Assembly (NCBI GenBank): GCA_951406725.2
Contig: OX597836.1
Coordinates: 35,402,001 to 35,466,000, forward strand
Reading direction: 5' to 3'
Origin: Octopus vulgaris
Lineage: Eukaryota
DNA: 64,000 nt
Numbering within the stretch: the first letter of the stretch is position 1; each line of letters begins with the position of its first letter. Below the pieces are notes generated by a model that searched no databases, was not told where the DNA came from, and was given only the letters and a program-made list of their open reading frames with translations. Of the stretch, positions 59,048 through 64,000 are shown piece after piece. The position numbers were made by a program, and so were the translations under genes.

Positions 59048-59712
59048 TGATGGCTGCCCCCTCGTTATCGAGTATGCCCATTGCACGAAGCTTAACTGTT
59101 ACTGGTGCTGTGATCGAATGTGACTTTTTAGCCCAGCTATAGATCTACAATGTCTTGTACAGGATTGGCAACTAATACCTTTTCCGGTAATAGCCGGCTG
59201 TTGTTGTAACTGGGCTTCATGTACCTTTGCAAGTCGTTTAATTCCTCCTGCTGAATTACACTCTCTTCCACATGCCAGAAAGATATGATTAGCATGGTGT
59301 GTTACACCACCACCAGTGGCCAGGTTGTCACTCATCTGTCTCGTTTTATGACTACGAAGATGGCTCTTGAGTCCAGCTTTACTGAAGCAGGGTCTTGCAC
59401 AGACACTGCATGTGAGCATCATAGGAAGACCCTTCCTATCTGGAAGTGTAACAGCGATGCCCTTCCTCACATCCCTCCTTACTTTCTCATGTGCAACTCG
59501 AGATTTCTCAAAAGTGGCTGTCCCCTCGTGCACAATCCTTCTCTACCTGCTACAATCAATAGCTAAGCCTTCCCTTGTGTCAGGAGAGATGCAAGCATCT
59601 CTGAAGAAAGCCTTCAGCAAGTCCCTATACCTCTTTTTGGTTTATGTGGAGGTCGTTCTCCTTTAGCTAACTCTCCATGAAAGAGTTGTTTTGGCATCCT
59701 TGAATCCTTCAT
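59048..59712 (-). mobile_element. RTE-clade LINE 3' end with three C2H2-like fingers
   Basis: DSRMPKQLFHGEL..G.R..KP upstream; CSVC..HLRSH, a degenerate (L)ACG..H finger, CQSC..HIRSQH. Confidence 0.82.
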
Positions 59713-60053
59713 ACATACATACATACATACATACATACATACATACATACATACATACATACATACATACATACATACACACATGCATGCATACATGCAT
59801 GCATACATACATATATACATACATACACACATACATATGTGCATGACTGTATGTGTGTAGTCAACGAGAGAGATCCAGATGCTCAGTATATCAAGCCTAT
59901 GCTTCAACATTTGTATTCCCCCCCTCTCTCTCTCTCTCGCTTTCTCCCCCTTTCTCTCTCGCCATCTCTTTCTTTCTTTCTTTCTCTGTTGCTGAAATAA
60001 TAGCCACAGAAATAATAATGCTACATACATATACATACATATATATGCATATA

Positions 60054-60546
60054 TAGTGGGGGGAAATAAATATTCGTGATGTGTCAAAATTCTTTATTTA
60101 TTTAATTTCTAATGAATATAAACGGGATATACCAATACTATGTTTGCATACACATGGATAAACTAAGAATATGCAAAAGAAACTAATAAATTATAGTAAC
60201 TAATGAATTTATATTCAATTATAAGTATTTAGGGGTGAAAAAGTATTCGTACAGAACATAAATACCTGATAATTCTGATTTAATACTTTGTAGCATAACC
60301 ATTATTCAGTTCCACTTCAACCAATCTCTTCATGACTCACATGTTTCTTTAGGATTTTTTTCCCATTCTTCTTGACAAATTTTCTTCAAATCTGCAATGC
60401 ACGTTGGGGCTCTTGAATGAATTTTAATTTTCAAATAATGCCACAAGTTTTCAATGTGGTTCAAGTCAGGTGACTGGCTTGGCCATTCTAATAATTTTAT
60501 ATTGTGATCGACAATCCATTTTTGGTAGACTTCGCAGTGTGCTTTA
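60054..60546 (-). mobile_element. Tc1-like transposon 3' end (transposase C-terminus + IR/DR-type terminus)
   Basis: Minus strand LEWPSQSPDLNHIENLWHYLK...EEWEKIP...GYATKY*; terminus TAGTGGGGGGAAATAAATATTCG with inner repeat GGGGTGAAAAAGTATTCG (~60232). Confidence 0.88.
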
Positions 60547-60684
60547 GGCGGGCTTTTCGAATTGCATTTCGGTACGCGTGTTCATTCAGAATAAAATATA
60601 TTCAGTGCCGGCAAAAATGAATAGTACCCTATTTCAAAGAGCCAGTTGTTAGCTAAATCTTCCGCTTTCCCGGGAATTACCGGG

Positions 60685-60728
<44 letters not shown>

Positions 60729-60820
60729 TAAATGATAAGGGTAGAAATTGATATTAATCAATTAAAACCAGTGGCTTAACATATTTAAAAATTGAAGATT
60801 AAAAATTGTGTTACATACAA

Positions 60821-61077
60821 AATGATCACTAAAGTGGACACCCTGTATGCTAAACATAGACGTCAAATCGCCAATACCACGAAGAATGTGTTCTGAAGAA
60901 AAAAATGAAAACATACGACATAAAAATCGTTTTTATGTCGTATGTTTTCATTTGTGTTGCTCATTTTTACATTTTGACGTTTTTGCTGAGATCTTTTTAC
61001 TTGAGATCACATTCTTCGCGGTAATGGCGATTTGACGTCTATGTTTAGCATATAGGGTGTCCACTTTAGTGGTCATT
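60821..61077. repeat. asymmetric fold-back related to 57323-57622
   Basis: AATGATCACTAAAGTGGACACCCTGTATGCTAAACATAGACGTCAAATCGCC and its reverse complement; perfect 24-bp inner stem with 3-nt loop at 60927-60929. Confidence 0.92.
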
Positions 61078-61252
61078 CCTCTTAATTTTTTTTTTTACCG
61101 CCTTTTCTTTCTCTACTGCTTTAAAAGAAAATTCTTTTACTGCTTTATTTCTCTCTTTTGGGCTATCCGAGCATGAATGCCTCAATAGGAAAGCAAACAA
61201 CATTGTGCGGGATTGGTACGTGATGATGTCTATCTTTATGTTTATATATTTT

Positions 61253-61333
61253 TTTCCCCTGACGAAGGAGGTATTATCTGGATGTACCCTAGTGCTTTAA
61301 ACATAATACACCCCTGAAATGGCCATAGGGATA
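61253..61333 (+). ncRNA. hammerhead ribozyme motif with extended stem II
   Basis: TTTCCC-CTGACGA-AGGAGGTATTAT...ATAATACACCCCT-GAAA-TGGCCA-TA-GGGATA; stem I TCCC/GGGA, palindromic stem III. Confidence 0.75.
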
Positions 61334-61442
61334 AGTAAATGTGGTTCCCTTCTTTTACCTGAATAATTATTTAATAAGATTTCTAAACGATGAACTTTTA
61401 TTTTATTTACATGATATATATTATATATTTTTTATATGCTCC

Positions 61443-61512
<70 letters not shown>

Positions 61513-61881
61513 TTTTATATACCTATATATTTTTATTTATTACTTATATTATATTTTTACTTTCTACGTCTTTTTAAAAAATGTATTTTTTCGAATCGCT
61601 AAAATATTAACTCTAAATTTTGATGAAGAAAAAATTTTTTTCTCGCACCTTATTATTATTATATGCTTGTCTGCTTATACAGATGAATTATGTTCCATCT
61701 TGCGGGATGTTTATATGTATATTCTATGATTAAATGTTCGAATTACGAAATGATATGCGGATGACCTTGCATTTGTTTGTTCAATAATTTTAGTTTGATA
61801 TTTTTGTCTCTTTCAATAGAGCGCTTCTATAGCAGTCCTATTAATCTTTTTGTTCCTGACAAGAAACAATCACTGTATTAT

Positions 61882-61922
<41 letters not shown>

Positions 61923-62045
61923 TTCAGCAAAATTTAGATTCAGATGAATATGGTACTTAAGTTAAAGGCACCAGAATTTGGTATGGTATTATCCATATAA
62001 ATCAAATGGGGTGATTATAATCAAAATATTCTTGTTGCTTATTTT

Positions 62046-62079
<34 letters not shown>

Positions 62080-62088
<9 letters not shown>

Positions 62089-62443
62089 GCCAGTTTGTCT
62101 GTGAGTGTTTCTGTGTGTCTGTTTGCTTGTACCCTCACCCTGACCACTGCTTTCAACCGATTATGATGAAACTTGACACACACATAGCCCAATGTCATAA
62201 TTCAAAACTAACGCAGCGAAAATTTTGAAAAGTTCCCCCAGTTCTGAAAAAAATCGATAAATTCAACATGGGGTCGAGAATCAGAAACACAAAACACAAA
62301 CTGTCTAGGGGACGCAACTCCACCTTTTTTAACTCTCAAAAAAATTTACCATCATTTTTTTCCATTTTTTGGCTATAACTCTCTAAAAATGCTTTATAGT
62401 TATTTCCCTTACAAACCTGAGCAACGCCGGGCAATACTGCTAG
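62080..62443 (+). mobile_element. non-autonomous Helitron-like element, second copy
   Basis: 5' ~200 bp matches 28270-28465; ends CCTGAGCAACGCCGGG...CTAG|T. Confidence 0.8.
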
Positions 62444-62452
62444 TATATATAT

Positions 62453-62488
<36 letters not shown>

Positions 62489-62700
62489 ATGCAGAATGTC
62501 AGAATGGATAATGTAAATTATTTTTTCCGACTCTTCAGTAACTCTGACAGTTTGCTATGCTGTTTCGAATTAAACAACAAACCGATAAAGGCTACAGTGA
62601 ACCGAAGTCGGTTTATAATGCAAATTGCTTTACCTGTGACTATCGTGTCTATTAAATGGTTTGTGGTACTGCGTTGTCTAATGTGTCGTCTCCATATTAT

Positions 62701-63260
62701 AGACATTATGGTATCCTCTAAGGCAGCTGAGTGGAAATATGATTATCATTTCTAGCAGTTAGCGTGACCACATAGAGGTTCCGTCCTTAACTTCAAACCT
62801 GATTTCACTTTATGCAAATGGCAAGTCACGTTTGATATTTCCCCGAAAGAAATACGATGAAATTCTCTTGGCAAATAAAGAAAAGATACTAAATTTCGTC
62901 TTTAATACCAAATGAGGTGCTTAACCTAAGTGGATCTATAATGTAAATGGGTTTAGATGCGACTGTCTGTTAAAGGGGTCCTGGTACTACATCAATTAAT
63001 GTGTCTTATTCCATACTTTAGACATTAAGGCATCCATTTTTATGAAGCTGAGTGGATATTTAGCTATCATTTCTAGCAATTCATGTGGTTACGGAGATGT
63101 TCCCCCCTTGACTCCAAACATGATTTTACATTTTGCAAATGACATTTTCGTTTGACATTTTCCCGAAATTAAAATATAAGAAATATTATGAAAATTCTCT
63201 TGGCAATTAAAGAAAAAAATTATAAATGCCATCCTTAACATTAAATTAAGTACTTGAATT
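62701..63260 (+). repeat. diverged tandem duplication, period ~319 bp
   Basis: AGACATTA..GCTGAGTGGA..TATCATTTCTAGCA..AATTCTCTTGGCAA repeated starting at 62701 and 63020. Confidence 0.8.
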
Positions 63261-63894
63261 AAAATCCTCGTTATACTCGTTATAGAAGTGACATTCCAAC
63301 TATGACCATCCACCTTTGTTTTCTTTTTATACAATATGTATCCAGAATTGCGTTCAATGAATTCTACATTTGTATTTTAATATGCCAAACTGTTGTTTTA
63401 GGTTAAAATTTCTTGCTGTTTTTTCTAGATACTGTTTGTTGTTACGATTGTTATTTCCTTGACAGTAGCGAAAATTAAAGTAGCTTTAACGAACATTTCA
63501 ATATTATTGAATTTTAAAAAAAATAGCTGAAGTGGTTAATATTAAATAAGATGCTGAAATTACAGCATAAAAGCAATTCTCAACGCACAAGCCCCCAGAG
63601 ATGTAATATAATATTATTTCCCAGGATCTGAATGTTTTCAAACGTTCTACTAAGATTAAAGGAGAAAAATAATCGTGTTCCTATCATCTCCACTTAAAAT
63701 TGAATCATGTTATTCTATCTTGGGTTTTAATATTTTATAGTCAGTAATTTTGTTATAAAATTCAAGATTTAATTTTTTCGAATCCGAATAATTATTGTAA
63801 TTTCAAAAATCTAGAAAAACTAACGCGACTCTCGAGTATGTGGTTTTAAATGAAATTACGAAACAATTTCATAATACATATAAATATACATGCA

Positions 63895-63930
<36 letters not shown>

Positions 63931-64000
63931 CATATAGTTATATGTATAAATATAATATACGTATGTCTACATAGATGAATATATATATATATGGTATAAT

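Overview
AT-rich, repeat-saturated eukaryotic DNA with no recognisable host gene. The repeat families look like those of an octopus or other coleoid cephalopod; this is inferred from memory of the SINE families, not searched. Almost all ORFs in the supplied track are translations of (TA)n/(CA)n/(TAA)n microsatellites or of SINEs. Recognisable content: three tRNA-derived SINE families, several with clear target-site duplications (TSDs); decayed LINE pieces (RTE endonuclease and 3' ends with C2H2 fingers, a CR1 3' end in triplicate, an R4/Dong-type restriction-like endonuclease fragment inside (TAA)n); two identically deleted mariner elements; a Tc1 3' end; MITEs; and two non-autonomous Helitrons. 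The most interesting signal is in RNA structure. At least seven minimal hammerhead-ribozyme motifs of the Penelope-associated type occur in several repeat families, including a tRNA-headed, hammerhead-carrying SINE arranged as a head-to-head palindrome (30007-31325). There is also a set of fold-back elements sharing a terminal motif, an inverted triplication, and SINE multimers enclosed by a single TSD. All calls were made by eye; no database search or folding program was run.
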